Shown: positions 31,035-42,691, counted from the stretch's first letter. The stretch is DNA of 64,000 bases from Terriglobia bacterium (GCA_965206645.1 CBDBKE010000002.1:704001-768000); one strand, 5' to 3'. Program-made: numbers and translations. The notes: a model not told the origin generated them from the sequence alone.

Positions 31035-31964
31035 GCCTCCGGGTACCGCACCCGCAGCGTGCTGTGCATGCCCATCCGCAACAAGACCGGGGAAACCATT
31101 GGCGTGATCCAGCTACTGAACAAAACCCAGGGCACCTTCGGGGTGGAGGACGAAGAATTCCTCCAGTCGCTGACCGTCCACATCGCCATCGCCCTGGAGA
31201 ACGCCAAGTTGCACGCCGAAGTGGTGGACCAGCAGCGCATCCGCACCGAGCTGGCTCTGGCCCGGCAGATCCAACAGAACCTGCTGCCCCGGCCGCCCGA
31301 ACGCTGGCACCGCTACCGTGTTGCGGCCCTAGCCGAGACCTGCTTCGAGGTCGGCGGCGACTTCTACGATTTCTTGACCGTCTCCCCCACGACCATGGCA
31401 GTGGTGATCGCTGACGTTTCCGGCAAGGGAGTCTCATCAGCACTGGTGATGTCCACGATGCAGGCCACGTTCCGAGCCATGCTGGTGGGTGTGCACTCCT
31501 TCGAGCGCCTGCTGGTCAGGATGAACGAGGTCATTCACGACTACACGGATGGCCGCATGTTCGTCACCCTTTTCCTGGCTTTGCTGGACAGCGAAAGCAG
31601 CAAGCTGCACTTCATCAACGCCGGGCACAATCCGCCGGTCCTGATCCATAAGGACGGCAGCTGCGAACAACTGGAGGAGGAAGGCACGGTGCTGGGGCTG
31701 CTGCCCGACGTCAGCTACACCCGCGCCCAGACCGACCTGCTGCCTGGCGACGTGCTGCTACTCTATACCGACGGGCTGGTGGAAGCGACCAATGCCGCTG
31801 ACGAGATGTTCGGCATCGAGGGCCTGGTGGACAGTGTCCGGGCCTCGCCCGATGGGTCTCCTGAGGCCACCATTGTCTCCATCGTTTCCAGGGTTCGGGA
31901 ACTCACGGGGGGCGCGCCGCAGTCGGACGACCAGACGCTGGTCGTCATCTCCCCCGATAGCTAG
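31035..31964 (+). pseudogene. GAF-SpoIIE/RsbU PP2C phosphatase, 5'-truncated
   Basis: SGYRTRSVLCMP (end of GAF), VGGDFYD, DVSGKG, NAGH, YTDG and DDQT motifs. Confidence 0.82.
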
Positions 31965-32044
31965 GACCCTCACGCGCTTCCCGGGTTCCGCCCGGTCCTT
32001 TTGAGAATCCTCACAGGCACGCAGCGGATAGAGAGTAGAGCTTG

Positions 32045-32866
32045 TTATTTCTTGAGGTTGTCGCGAAGCGCGCCGAGGACGTCGGCCGCCGAATGGCGGG
32101 GCACTGATTCCACAAGAGGTTTCACCAGCCAGCCCAGACCCAGCGGAATGCTGCGACTGAGGCTGATTGACTCCCACTCAACCACCACACCCCTCCCCTG
32201 GCGTTCGGCGAGGCGCCAGTAGCCGTTCGTCTGCCAGAGAAAGCCGCGGCCCTTTCCCGGTGGCTTTTCTTTCTCGGCCGGGGTTCCGGGCGCCTCCAGT
32301 TCGGCGATACGAGTCGCCACGCTGCGGCTGCAAGCGCGCCCTGGTCCGAGGATCCGGTAGACAACCGTGTGCTCGGTGTTGTACACGGCCGTGACCACCT
32401 TCTTTTTCTTGAGGCGGTAAAAAATCCGGAACGTGTCGCCTTCCCTCGAAATCAGCCGGGATTGCTCCACCTCCCGGAAGAAGCGGTGGTGCTGGTCGTA
32501 CGACTGGACAAATTTCAGAACCTCCTCCAGGGTAGCTCCGGAGATGAAGACGCTGCCCTTCCAGTGATGGATCATTCCGCCATCGGCGGTGACCGGTCGG
32601 CCGTTCTTGTCCACCGTGCGCATTCGGACGACCTGTACGTCGCCGTTGCCCACCTTCTCTAAATCCTCCCACGTCTCCCGGGCAAGTTCCCGCTCGACGC
32701 GTTCTTCCGTCAGGCGCACATACTTCTGCCAGCTATCCAGGGTCTTACGCTGCAGAGTAGCCGCCGATACACCGGGGGCAACGAGGAACAATATGCCCAA
32801 AACACCTGCGAGCGGGTTCCCCTGACTTAGAACCGCCTGCAACGACGGGCAACGGATAGCCATCAT
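32045..32866 (-). CDS. Exported hypothetical protein, possibly START/SRPBCC-like
   Basis: Signal-like N-terminus; IHHW.G and ESISLSR.IP motifs. Confidence 0.6.
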   Translation of the reverse strand: MMAIRCPSLQAVLSQGNPLAGVLGILFLVAPGVSAATLQRKTLDSWQKYVRLTEERVERELARETWEDLEKVGNGDVQVVRMRTVDKNGRPVTADGGMIHHWKGSVFISGATLEEVLKFVQSYDQHHRFFREVEQSRLISREGDTFRIFYRLKKKKVVTAVYNTEHTVVYRILGPGRACSRSVATRIAELEAPGTPAEKEKPPGKGRGFLWQTNGYWRLAERQGRGVVVEWESISLSRSIPLGLGWLVKPLVESVPRHSAADVLGALRDNLKK

Positions 32867-32899
32867 TGGAAGATAAACTTATAACAGAGTGAATCCCGA

Positions 32900-33070
32900 A
32901 GAGCGAACCATCTGTCCGAGAGGTGGGCAGGGGGCGTGAACGGGATCTGGACTCCACGGCCGATTTTTCCGATGCCGCTCAGAAGCGGCCATGGCGAGAT
33001 GAGCTTGAGACGCCGATGCTGCTGGCGTATGCTTTCGGGCGAAGGGAGAAATGAAAATCGGAAATTCCGG
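32900..33070 (+). mobile_element. Remnant right end of an IS1380-family element (left boundary approximate)
   Basis: GCTTTCGGGCGAAG..GGAAATTCCGG resembles the reverse complement of 54216-54260 (GCTTTTCGGGTGAAG..GGAAATTCCGG). Confidence 0.6.
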
Positions 33071-33136
33071 TTGGGTCCTCCTCGATGGCTCCAGAACGGG
33101 AGGGGCGAAGGCAACTGGCAATCGTGGGATTACGTC

Positions 33137-33934
33137 ATGCTGACTCCTGAAGGACGGAAGGGCGCATTTCGGCTGTCGGTGTGCGCGGAATGGGTTTACC
33201 TCAGTCTCCCCGTCGTCGAGCGCGCGAAAAAATTGAATCAGGCAGGATTTCTAGCCGAGTTCTGGACGCTGGCGAGCCCTGACATCGACGCATTGGCAAA
33301 GGCAGAAACCCGGGTTAGCACGATCGCAGTACCCACTGAGGGGAGCATGGTGCATCCGGATGGGGTGGAACCTTTGCTCGCGAGTCTGCGCCAAGACTTG
33401 CTTATCGCTGAGAAGCTCCGCTGCAGCGAGTTCGTATTGTCGCTGGGAGTGCTCGGCCCAAACGGAGAGGTCATTCATGCGATCGCCGACCATCCGGCGA
33501 CTAGGTGGATCACTGCCTATAAGACACTGTGCCGGATCGCCGAACTAGCGGAAAAGCACAATGTAATTTACAACCTCGAGCCGTTGAACACGAAAATCGA
33601 CCACCCCGGCTACATGATTTCGCGGATCGGAGATGCAGTGCGATTGATTGAACAGGTGGGTAGTCCCCGCGTCAAGATCCTCTTCGATATCTACCACCAG
33701 CAGATAGAGGAGGGAAACACAATTCAACTAATCCGGGACTACCATCCTTATATCGGCTATATCCACGTCGCGGATGTGCCGGGCCGGCATGAGCCGGGCA
33801 CCGGTGAAATCAATTACCCTAAGGTGGCAGAGGCCCTTCGTGAGGTTGGATACGAAGGAGTAGTCGGGCTGGAAGCGATTCCACTGGTTGATGATGAACA
33901 AGCTCTGGCCCGTTTCCGCGAGCTGTTTGGATAA
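33137..33934 (+). CDS. Hydroxypyruvate isomerase family protein
   Basis: LEPLN, DIYH and HVADVPGRHEPGTGEINY motifs. Confidence 0.85.
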   Translation: MLTPEGRKGAFRLSVCAEWVYLSLPVVERAKKLNQAGFLAEFWTLASPDIDALAKAETRVSTIAVPTEGSMVHPDGVEPLLASLRQDLLIAEKLRCSEFVLSLGVLGPNGEVIHAIADHPATRWITAYKTLCRIAELAEKHNVIYNLEPLNTKIDHPGYMISRIGDAVRLIEQVGSPRVKILFDIYHQQIEEGNTIQLIRDYHPYIGYIHVADVPGRHEPGTGEINYPKVAEALREVGYEGVVGLEAIPLVDDEQALARFRELFG

Positions 33935-33966
33935 GCGGAGAACCACTTGTCTCCCGCAAGGGTTGG

Positions 33967-36867
33967 TTGAATTGCCCCCAGGGGAAGGCCGGCACTGCTG
34001 CAAACTTGAAGCTTGGCCCCCGCGAGATGGGAATCGTCTGTAAGGGAAAGGGCACCAAGCTGGGACGGACCAGGCCTACGGACCAGGATTGTCCCCGGCG
34101 GCATCTTGCCGTGCGAGATTCCGTTTGGTTGGGTCGGGACTTGTTGGTCGTGCTGTGCTGTGTGCTTCTGCTCTCCCCTTGGTCCCTGGCACGGGCCGCC
34201 CAGCCCTGTCCCGAACAAACCACCCACGCACGCGCGAGAAAGGCCGAAACGACAGTCCCCAAGCAGACAGCCCGGGGGGTCAACCCGGCCCCGAGCCCGG
34301 GCGATGCCCAGCCACCCGAACCAGAAACCTCGTCGGAAAACCTCGACAGGGGTGCTCCCGAGACCTCGGCTGAGCGAACGACCGTTAACCTCCTTGGGGA
34401 GGTGGATACGTTGGCGGGCGAGGCCCGCAGAAACGAAAATGTTTCCATCTTTCTCATTGACAACAACGTGCTCAAGGAACTGAACGTGAGGATGGGGACG
34501 ACGGCCACCATCATCCATGAATTTCGGGTCGATCATGACTATTTCGGAAGCGAATTCGGAGGGCCCCCGAAGGCGCCGCTGCATCTGCCGCCTTCGAGGG
34601 TCCGGCGCGTTCACGGCGACTTTTATTGGAGCCACAACAACAGCATTTTCAGCGCTCGGTCGTTCTTTCAAGTCGGAGACGTGCAACCGGCTCGCAGCAA
34701 CGATTACGGATTCTCCCTCGGCATTCCGCTTTGGGAGGGGGCCAGCCTGACGGTCAACGCCAGCCAGCGAAAGCTACGCGGCCAGGTCAACGGGAATGTC
34801 CTTGTGCCAAAAGCAGACGAGCGGACCTCGCTCTCCAATGACCCCGCCACCCGCGCCATGGTCGAGAGGATCCTGGCAGCCTATCCCGACGAACTGCCCA
34901 ATCGAACTGACAGGAACCCACGCCTCCTCAACACCAATGCCCCGCAGACGATCGACAACGATCGAGTGGGGGGAGTGCTCGACCAAGCCTGGGGCGACAA
35001 GGACCGTCTCTCTCTGCGTTACAACTTGATTTCCCAAAACGTAGAAGCCTTCCAGCTTGTCGGCGGCCAGAACCCCGACACGACCACCAAGAACCACCGG
35101 GCGCGCATCACCTGGAATCGCACTTGGACGCCGAGCACCACCACGGATTTCTCGATTGGCTTCGACCGCATCGGATCGCTGTTGGTTCCTGAGGAGACCT
35201 CGATCGGACCCTCGATCTGGGCAGGTGGTGCGCTTCAATTCCTTGGGCCTACGTCGCGAGTCCCGATCGATCGGGCCCAGAACGCGTTCCGCTACGCCGG
35301 GCGGGTACAGCAGAATCGTGGCCGACACACCTGGTACGCTGGCTTTCAGTTACTACGACGGCAGATCAACGGTGTAGAAAGCTGGAGACACCGCGGCCTT
35401 TTTAGCTTTGGAAACGATTTCGGTCGCGACCAGATTGAAAACCTTCGCATGGGTACGCCCAGCAGTTACACCGTCGCGCTGGGCAACGTTCATCGCGGGT
35501 TCCGGAACTGGGACATGGAGTACTTTGTGGGAGAGGCTTGGCGGGTCAATAGGAAGCTGACGCTCAATCTGGGTCTGCGGTATCAGCCGGTGACGAAGCC
35601 GTCGGAGGTGAACGGTCTGAGTAACATTCCCTACGATTGCGACTGCAACAACTGGGCTCCGCGTTTCGGCTTTGCCTACCGTTTGAGCGATCGCTGGGGC
35701 GTATTGCGGGCCGCCTATGGGGTGCAGTACGGCGAGATTTTCCCGGTTACGTTCGGGCAAGCGCGGTTCAACCCACCCACGAATCTGCTCGTCTCAGTCG
35801 ACGTTCCCGACTTGATCGACCCCTTGAAGGATTTGCAGCCATCCGATCTAGACCCCACCGCGCGAAGTTCGATCTTTCAACTCGATCCAAACTTGGTCTC
35901 TCCCTATTCGCACCAATACAATTTCAGTTGGGAGTTGCGCTTCGCAAGGGAGTGGAAGTTGTCCCTTGGATACGTGGGCAGCCGCTCCCACCGGCTTCTG
36001 ACCACGTGGTCTTTGAACCGCGCCCGTCTGGTGGATGGCATTCCGCAAACAACGAGCACGATCAACGAACGGAGACCCGACCAGCGGTTCTTCGAGGTAA
36101 GGCGTATTCTGAACGGGTCCCGTGGGTATTTCGACGCCGGGAAGGTCAGGTTTACCTTACCCCATTGGAGGGGTTTGACGCTCGACGCCTCCTATTGGTT
36201 TAGCAAAGCGATCGACCTGGGGGCTGGTTACACCAGCACAGGCTCGAATGCGTTCCGATCGCGAAGCCCAAGTGGATTTGACTACCAGGGAGAGATGAAA
36301 GGCCTCAGCTCTTTCGATCAACCCCACGCGTTGTTGTGGCGCGTAAACTATGAAACTCCACCTCGCCCGATGCAAAGCGGCTGGATTGGTAGAATCCTGG
36401 GCCAGTGGCAGATTAGTTCCATCATTCTACTGAAGTCTGGCACTCCGTTTCGAGTGAGAACGGGCTCCGACGCACCCGGCTTCGGGAATGTAGACGGTGC
36501 CGGCAACGACAATCCGATTCTGCTGGATCCCTCAATTCTTGGCCGCACCATCGATAGCCCGGACACCTCCCAAGAGATGCTACCACCGTCGGCTTTCTCG
36601 TTCATCGAACCCACCGACCTCCGGGGCAACTTGGGTCGTAACACGTTTCGCAAGGACGGCATCTGGAACGTCAACGCTGGACTCTCGCGGCGATGGTCGT
36701 TGGGTGGGGACAAGTCGCTACTGTTCCGGGCCGAGTCCATCAACTTCCTCAACCACCCGCAGTTCTCCGCACCGGGCCGCCAACTCGCGACTGATCATTT
36801 TGGCCAGATCACTCGCACCCTTAACGACGGCCGCGCGTTCAGGTTCACTATGAGGTTTTCGTTTTAG
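33967..36867 (+). CDS. TonB-dependent receptor-like (Oar-type) outer-membrane beta-barrel; start uncertain
   Basis: LTLNLGLRY, NNWAPRFGFAY, FRAESINFLNHPQF and C-terminal RFSF. Confidence 0.8.
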   Translation: MNCPQGKAGTAANLKLGPREMGIVCKGKGTKLGRTRPTDQDCPRRHLAVRDSVWLGRDLLVVLCCVLLLSPWSLARAAQPCPEQTTHARARKAETTVPKQTARGVNPAPSPGDAQPPEPETSSENLDRGAPETSAERTTVNLLGEVDTLAGEARRNENVSIFLIDNNVLKELNVRMGTTATIIHEFRVDHDYFGSEFGGPPKAPLHLPPSRVRRVHGDFYWSHNNSIFSARSFFQVGDVQPARSNDYGFSLGIPLWEGASLTVNASQRKLRGQVNGNVLVPKADERTSLSNDPATRAMVERILAAYPDELPNRTDRNPRLLNTNAPQTIDNDRVGGVLDQAWGDKDRLSLRYNLISQNVEAFQLVGGQNPDTTTKNHRARITWNRTWTPSTTTDFSIGFDRIGSLLVPEETSIGPSIWAGGALQFLGPTSRVPIDRAQNAFRYAGRVQQNRGRHTWYAGFQLLRRQINGVESWRHRGLFSFGNDFGRDQIENLRMGTPSSYTVALGNVHRGFRNWDMEYFVGEAWRVNRKLTLNLGLRYQPVTKPSEVNGLSNIPYDCDCNNWAPRFGFAYRLSDRWGVLRAAYGVQYGEIFPVTFGQARFNPPTNLLVSVDVPDLIDPLKDLQPSDLDPTARSSIFQLDPNLVSPYSHQYNFSWELRFAREWKLSLGYVGSRSHRLLTTWSLNRARLVDGIPQTTSTINERRPDQRFFEVRRILNGSRGYFDAGKVRFTLPHWRGLTLDASYWFSKAIDLGAGYTSTGSNAFRSRSPSGFDYQGEMKGLSSFDQPHALLWRVNYETPPRPMQSGWIGRILGQWQISSIILLKSGTPFRVRTGSDAPGFGNVDGAGNDNPILLDPSILGRTIDSPDTSQEMLPPSAFSFIEPTDLRGNLGRNTFRKDGIWNVNAGLSRRWSLGGDKSLLFRAESINFLNHPQFSAPGRQLATDHFGQITRTLNDGRAFRFTMRFSF

Positions 36868-36909
36868 CCCGAGCGAAACGCCTGAACCGAGGCCTGCGTG
36901 AGTCACCGC

Positions 36910-36959
36910 GAGGCACCACGAGGCACAAAGAGGCACAAAGAGGCACAAAGAGGCACAAA
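36910..36959 (+). repeat. 5 x 10-bp tandem repeat GAGGCACAAA abutting the copA start
   Basis: GAGGCACCAC then 4 x GAGGCACAAA, then G-ATG at 36961. Confidence 0.95.
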
Positions 36960-36960
36960 G

Positions 36961-39234
36961 ATGACGAATGATCCCCCCGCTGCCGCACCACCGCTGGCAG
37001 CTGAAGTTCAAACCTACACCTGCCCCATGCACCCTGAGGTGCGCCAGCCACACCCGGGTGCCTGCCCCGACTGCGGGATGGCGATGGAGCCCTCGCTTCC
37101 CTTGGCGCCGGCCACAAAGACGGAGTACGTCTGCCCGATGCACCCGGAAGTCGTCCGCCAGGAGCCGGGCCCCTGCCCCATTTGCGGCATGGCCCTGGAG
37201 CGGCGGACGGTGACGGCGGAGGAAGAGGCGAACCCCGAACTGGTAGATATGAGCCGGCGGTTTTGGGTCAGCCTAGTCCTGGCAGCTCCGCTGCTTGTGG
37301 TGGCCATGTGGGAGATGGTGGCGGGCCGGCCGCTGCCTCTGGGTCTCTCCCCTAGAGCTTCGACCTGGCTGCAGATGGCGCTGGCTACGCCGGTGGTCTT
37401 GTGGGGCGGCTGGCCCTTCTTTCAGCGCGGCTGGGCCTCCATCGTCACACGCAGCTTGAACATGTTCACGCTGATCGCCGTCGGCGTCGGCGTAGCCTAC
37501 ACCTACAGCATATTCGCGACGCTGTTCCCGAACATCTTCCCGGCCTCGTTCCGCCTCCACGGTGGCGCGCCCGCAGTCTACTCCGAAGCTGCTGCGATCA
37601 TCACGGCCCTGGTGCTGCTGGGCCAGGTGCTGGAGTTGCGTGCCCGTAGCCGCACCAGCAGTGCCATCCGGGCGCTTCTGCGCCTGGCGCCAGCGACAGC
37701 CCGTCTTGTGCGGGACGACGGCACCGAACAGGACGTGCCGCTGCAGCGCGTTCGGCCCGGCGACCGGCTGCGCGTCCGCCCCGGAGAGAAGGTGCCCGTG
37801 GACGGAGCGGTGCTCGAAGGCAACAGTGCGGTGGACGAGTCCATGGTGACTGGCGAACCCATTCCCGTGGAGAAGACCGCAGGCAGCCGCGTCACCGCCG
37901 GCACGGTCAACGGCACCGGGATGTTCTTGATGCAGGCCGAGCACGTGGGCAGCGAAACGCTGCTGGCACGTATCGTGCGCCTGGTCAGCGAAGCCCAGCG
38001 TAGCCGCGCTCCCATCCAGCGGCTGGCTGATGTGGTCGCCTCCTACTTCGTGCCGGCGGTGGTCGCTGTCGCCGCCGTCACCTTCGTGGTCTGGGGCTTG
38101 ATCGGCCCGCAACCGCGCTTGGCCTATGCCATTGTCAACGCCGTGGCCGTGCTGATCATCGCCTGCCCTTGCGCACTGGGACTGGCGACGCCCATGTCCA
38201 TCATGGTCGGGACCGGGCGCGGCGCCACCACGGGCGTGCTGATCAAGAACGCCGAGGCGTTGGAGATTCTGGAGAAAGTGGACACGCTGGTGGTGGACAA
38301 GACCGGTACGCTCACTGAGGGCAAGCCTCGCCTCGACGCGGTGGTAGCTCTGCCTGAGCAGAACGAGTCGGAACTGCTGCGCCTGGCCGCGAGCCTGGAA
38401 CGAGCCAGCGAGCATCCGCTGGCGGCGGCGATCGTCGCTGCGGCCCAGGAAAAGGGCCTCGAACTCCGCCCGGTCAAAGAGTTCCGCTCCTTGACCGGAA
38501 AGGGCGTGCTGGGCACCGTGGAAGGCCGCAGCGTGGCTCTGGGCAACCGCAAGCTGCTGGAAGAACTGGGCCTGGACCTGGCCGCACTGCAACAACGAGC
38601 GGAGGAATTGAGGCGCGAGGGCGCCACGGTGGTCTTCGTGGCCGTGGACGGTCGCCTTGCCGGGTTGCTGGCCGTCGCCGATCCGATCAAGCAGTCCACT
38701 TACGAGGCCATCGAGATGCTGCGCCAGGACGGGGTCCGCATCTTCATGCTCACCGGAGACAACTCCACGACGGCCGCCGACGTGGCCCGCAAGCTGGGCA
38801 TCGAGGAAGTGGCCGCCGAGGTGTTGCCCGAGCAGAAACACGAGGTAGTGCGGCGACTGCAGGCCGAAGGCCGCGTGGTGGCCATGGCCGGCGACGGCAT
38901 CAACGACGCGCCTGCGCTGGCGCTGGCACAGGTGGGCATCGCTATGGGCACCGGCACGGATGTCGCTATGGAAAGCGCCGGGGTGACGCTTGTGAAGGGA
39001 GACCTGCGCGGCATTGCCCGTGCCCGCCGGCTCAGCCGCGGCACCATGCGCAACATCCGGCAGAACCTATTCTTCGCCTTTATCTATAACTCGCTGGGTG
39101 TGCCGATCGCCGCCGGCGTGCTCTATCCCGTCTTCGGCCTGCTGCTCAGTCCCATCATCGCCGCCGCCGCCATGACCTTCAGCTCGGTCTCGGTGATTGC
39201 CAACGCCCTGCGTCTGCGTCACCTTGCTTTGTGA
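36961..39234 (+). CDS. copA: Copper-translocating P1B-type ATPase
   Basis: Two YxCPMHP domains; TGEP, CPC, DKTGT, SEHP, GDGIND, YN and MxxSS motifs. Confidence 0.93.
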   Translation: MTNDPPAAAPPLAAEVQTYTCPMHPEVRQPHPGACPDCGMAMEPSLPLAPATKTEYVCPMHPEVVRQEPGPCPICGMALERRTVTAEEEANPELVDMSRRFWVSLVLAAPLLVVAMWEMVAGRPLPLGLSPRASTWLQMALATPVVLWGGWPFFQRGWASIVTRSLNMFTLIAVGVGVAYTYSIFATLFPNIFPASFRLHGGAPAVYSEAAAIITALVLLGQVLELRARSRTSSAIRALLRLAPATARLVRDDGTEQDVPLQRVRPGDRLRVRPGEKVPVDGAVLEGNSAVDESMVTGEPIPVEKTAGSRVTAGTVNGTGMFLMQAEHVGSETLLARIVRLVSEAQRSRAPIQRLADVVASYFVPAVVAVAAVTFVVWGLIGPQPRLAYAIVNAVAVLIIACPCALGLATPMSIMVGTGRGATTGVLIKNAEALEILEKVDTLVVDKTGTLTEGKPRLDAVVALPEQNESELLRLAASLERASEHPLAAAIVAAAQEKGLELRPVKEFRSLTGKGVLGTVEGRSVALGNRKLLEELGLDLAALQQRAEELRREGATVVFVAVDGRLAGLLAVADPIKQSTYEAIEMLRQDGVRIFMLTGDNSTTAADVARKLGIEEVAAEVLPEQKHEVVRRLQAEGRVVAMAGDGINDAPALALAQVGIAMGTGTDVAMESAGVTLVKGDLRGIARARRLSRGTMRNIRQNLFFAFIYNSLGVPIAAGVLYPVFGLLLSPIIAAAAMTFSSVSVIANALRLRHLAL

Positions 39235-39270
39235 GGGCTTTATGAGGGGCTTCTGAGGCGCCTTGTGAGG
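39226..39270 (+). repeat. 4 x ~11-bp degenerate repeat of the copA stop region
   Basis: gctttgTGAgg gctttaTGAgg ggcttcTGAgg cgccttgTGAgg. Confidence 0.75.
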
Positions 39271-39293
39271 CTGTCCCCATTCCCCGAGGCCAG

Positions 39294-40334
39294 TCAGCGC
39301 CCGTCGGTAACGAAGCTGGAGGCTGCGAACCCACTGCGGTAGCTGGCGGCCAGTGTGCGCACCTCGCGCCCGGTGGCGACCTCCCACAGTTTGATCGTCT
39401 TGTCCTCGCTGCCTGAAACCAGCCAGCGCCCGTCGGGGCTAAAGGCGACACCATTGACCGAGCCGGTGTGGCCGGCCAGTGTGCGCACCTCGCGCCCCGT
39501 GGCTACCTCCCACAGCTTGACCGTCTCGTCCTCGTTCGCCGAGGCCAGCCAGCGCCCGTCGGGACTGAAGGCAACGGCTCCGACCCAGCCGCGGTGGCCG
39601 GCCAGTGTGCGCACCTCGTGCCCCGTGGCTGCTTCCAACAGCACCGTCCTGCGCCAGGTCCCCGTGGCCAGCCAGCGACCGTCGGGACTGAAGGCGATGC
39701 ACATGCGACGGCCCGGCTGCTTGCGCACCTCGCGCCCCGTAGCTACCTCCCACAGCCTGATGCTCTCGTCGTCGTTCGCCGAGGCCAGCGAGCGCCCGTC
39801 GGGACTAAAGGCGACACCATTGACCGAGCCGGTGTGGCCGGCCAACGTGCGCACCTCGCGCCCCGTGGCGACCTCCCACAACTTGATCGTCCCATCCCAG
39901 CTGCCTGAGGCCAGCCAGCGTCCGTCAGGACTGAAAGCGGCGGCTCCGACCCAGCTGCTGTGGCCGGCCAGCGTGCGTACCTCACGCCCCGTCGCTACCT
40001 CCCACAGCTTGACCGTCTGGTCCCAGCTTCCCGAGGCCAGCCAGCGCCCGTCGGGGCTGAAGGCGACGGCTTCAACCGAGTTGCTGTGGCCGGCCAGCGT
40101 GCGCACCGCGCGCCCCGTGGCTGCCTCCCACAGCTTAACCGTCTGGTCCGAGCTTCCGGAAGCCAGCCAGCGCCCGTCGGGGCTGAAGGCGACATCATTG
40201 ACTGCCCTTGTGTGGCCGCTCTGAGGGACGGGTTCAGGTTGAGGGCGCGCAGGACCATCGGCGCGAGTTTGGGTGAAACCCGCGGCCAGCCCGAGGCCGA
40301 CCAGCAGAAGCATCGCTATCAGAAGACGCTGCAC
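39294..40334 (-). CDS. Exported WD40-repeat protein (about 7 highly similar repeats), probably C-terminally truncated
   Basis: GH..V..VAFSPDGRWLASGS.D.TVKLWE repeats; signal peptide; the last unit reads DGR*LASG (TGA where other units have Trp). Confidence 0.85.
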   Translation of the reverse strand: MQRLLIAMLLLVGLGLAAGFTQTRADGPARPQPEPVPQSGHTRAVNDVAFSPDGRWLASGSSDQTVKLWEAATGRAVRTLAGHSNSVEAVAFSPDGRWLASGSWDQTVKLWEVATGREVRTLAGHSSWVGAAAFSPDGRWLASGSWDGTIKLWEVATGREVRTLAGHTGSVNGVAFSPDGRSLASANDDESIRLWEVATGREVRKQPGRRMCIAFSPDGRWLATGTWRRTVLLEAATGHEVRTLAGHRGWVGAVAFSPDGRWLASANEDETVKLWEVATGREVRTLAGHTGSVNGVAFSPDGRWLVSGSEDKTIKLWEVATGREVRTLAASYRSGFAASSFVTDGR

Positions 40335-40429
40335 GATAGAAACCTCACTTTCTGCGCATTCTATCATCGCAAAGGAATCGGCAAAGTTACAGGTTTGGGG
40401 TTCGTCTTTTGACCAATACCGGCATCATT

Positions 40430-40492
40430 GCAACTCAGACCATGGGCAACTCAGACCATGGGCAACTCAGCCCCTGGGCAACTCAGACCTGG
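40430..40492. repeat. 4 x 16-bp tandem repeat overlapping the mqnE stop
   Basis: GCAACTCAGACCATGG units; TCA is the reverse complement of the TGA stop. Confidence 0.9.
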
Positions 40493-41604
40493 ACGGTGAG
40501 GGTGGCTTCGGTGCGGGTAACGGGCCGGTAGAGGGTGTCGCGTTCAACCGGCTCGCGGCCAGCGTCGCCGATCAGGCGCAGCAATTCGGCCCGGGTGAGC
40601 GACTGGGCGGTAGTAGCCCCGGCATCATGGTAAATCTTTTCTTCAATGACCGTGCCATCAATGTCGTCGGCGCCGAAACGCAGCGCCACCTGGGCCACCC
40701 GCGGCGTCATCATGATCCAGTAGGCCTTGACGTGAGGGAAATTGTCGAGCAGCAGCCGGCCGACGGCGATGTTCTTCAGGTCGGCAAAACCGGTGGTCGA
40801 GGGCAGAAACTCCAGCGCCGTATGGGCCGGGTGGAAGGCCAGAGGGATGTAGGTCATGAAGCCGCCGGTCTCATCCTGCAACTCGCGCAGCCGCACGAGG
40901 TGATCGACGCGGTCTTCGTCATCCTCCAGGTGGCCGTAGAGCATGGTGGCGTTGGAGCGTAGCCCGATCTGGTGGGCGATGCGCGCTGTCTCCAGCCACT
41001 CCTCGCCGCTGATCTTGTGGGCGGCGATGACTTCGCGGACGCGGCGGTGAAAGATTTCAGCGCCGCCGCCCGGCAGCGAGCCCACCCCGGCCTCTTTTAA
41101 CTTCTCCAGCGTCTCCCGGGTCGAGAGCCGGGCGCGGCGGGCCAGGTATCCCACTTCCACCATCGTAAACGCCTTCAGGTGCACAGTGGGGAAGCGCTCG
41201 CGCAGCCCTCGGATCAGGTCCAGGAACCACTCCAGCGGCAGATCCGGGTGCAGCCCTCCCACGATGTGGAACTCGGTGACCGCCTCCGTATAGCCGGTGG
41301 CCGCGATGCGCCAGGCTTCCTCCAGCGACATGGTGTAAGCGCCGGGTGCGTTCTTCTTCCGCCCAAAGGCGCACAGCTTGCAACTGGCCACGCAGACGTT
41401 GGTGGGGTTGATATGCCGGTTGACGTTGAAGTAGGTGACCTTGCCGTGCAGTTTCTCCCGGACGTGATTGGCCAGGTAGCCCAGCGCCAGTAGGTCCGCC
41501 GAGCCAAAAAGCGTCAAGCCATCCTGGAATGAGAGCCGCTGGCCAGAGAGCACTCTTTCAGCGATCGGCCGAAGGCGCGGGTCTTCGATAATGTTCAGGT
41601 CCAT
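40483..41604 (-). CDS. mqnE: Aminofutalosine synthase (radical SAM)
   Basis: NPTNVCVASCKLCAF, HIVGGLHP, PGGGAEIF, HVKAYW and EKIYHDAGA motifs. Confidence 0.9.
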   Translation of the reverse strand: MDLNIIEDPRLRPIAERVLSGQRLSFQDGLTLFGSADLLALGYLANHVREKLHGKVTYFNVNRHINPTNVCVASCKLCAFGRKKNAPGAYTMSLEEAWRIAATGYTEAVTEFHIVGGLHPDLPLEWFLDLIRGLRERFPTVHLKAFTMVEVGYLARRARLSTRETLEKLKEAGVGSLPGGGAEIFHRRVREVIAAHKISGEEWLETARIAHQIGLRSNATMLYGHLEDDEDRVDHLVRLRELQDETGGFMTYIPLAFHPAHTALEFLPSTTGFADLKNIAVGRLLLDNFPHVKAYWIMMTPRVAQVALRFGADDIDGTVIEEKIYHDAGATTAQSLTRAELLRLIGDAGREPVERDTLYRPVTRTEATLTVQV

Positions 41605-41651
41605 TTTTTGCCCGGCTGTTTTGCCCGGCTTTCTCTTAGCTATTTGCTTTT

Positions 41652-42557
<906 letters not shown>

Positions 42558-42618
42558 GCCCAGCCAGTGCTAGCCAGCCGAAGATTACTAAGGCCTGTTG
42601 CACTGAGCATAAGGGGCC

Positions 42619-42650
42619 AAAAAAATCCTGGCTCCCACGAGGGAGCCGGG
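42619..42650 (-). terminator. Rho-independent terminator
   Basis: CCCGGCTCCC-TCGT-GGGAGCCAGG followed by ATTTTTTT. Confidence 0.75.
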
Positions 42651-42691
42651 CTCTGAGCGGAGGTCAGCCAGGGTTATTCGTAGCCCCGGGG

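Noticed and set aside
36898-36960. N-terminal extension of CopA in the ORF track
   Set aside because: It is translation through the 10-bp repeat; ATG 36961 has an appropriately spaced GAGG
39294-40334. Diversity-generating retroelement acting on the WD40 repeats
   Set aside because: No reverse transcriptase or template repeat is present, and the differences do not look adenine-specific
40430-40492. Possible mini-CRISPR array
   Set aside because: The 16-bp units are contiguous with no spacers, and there are no cas genes
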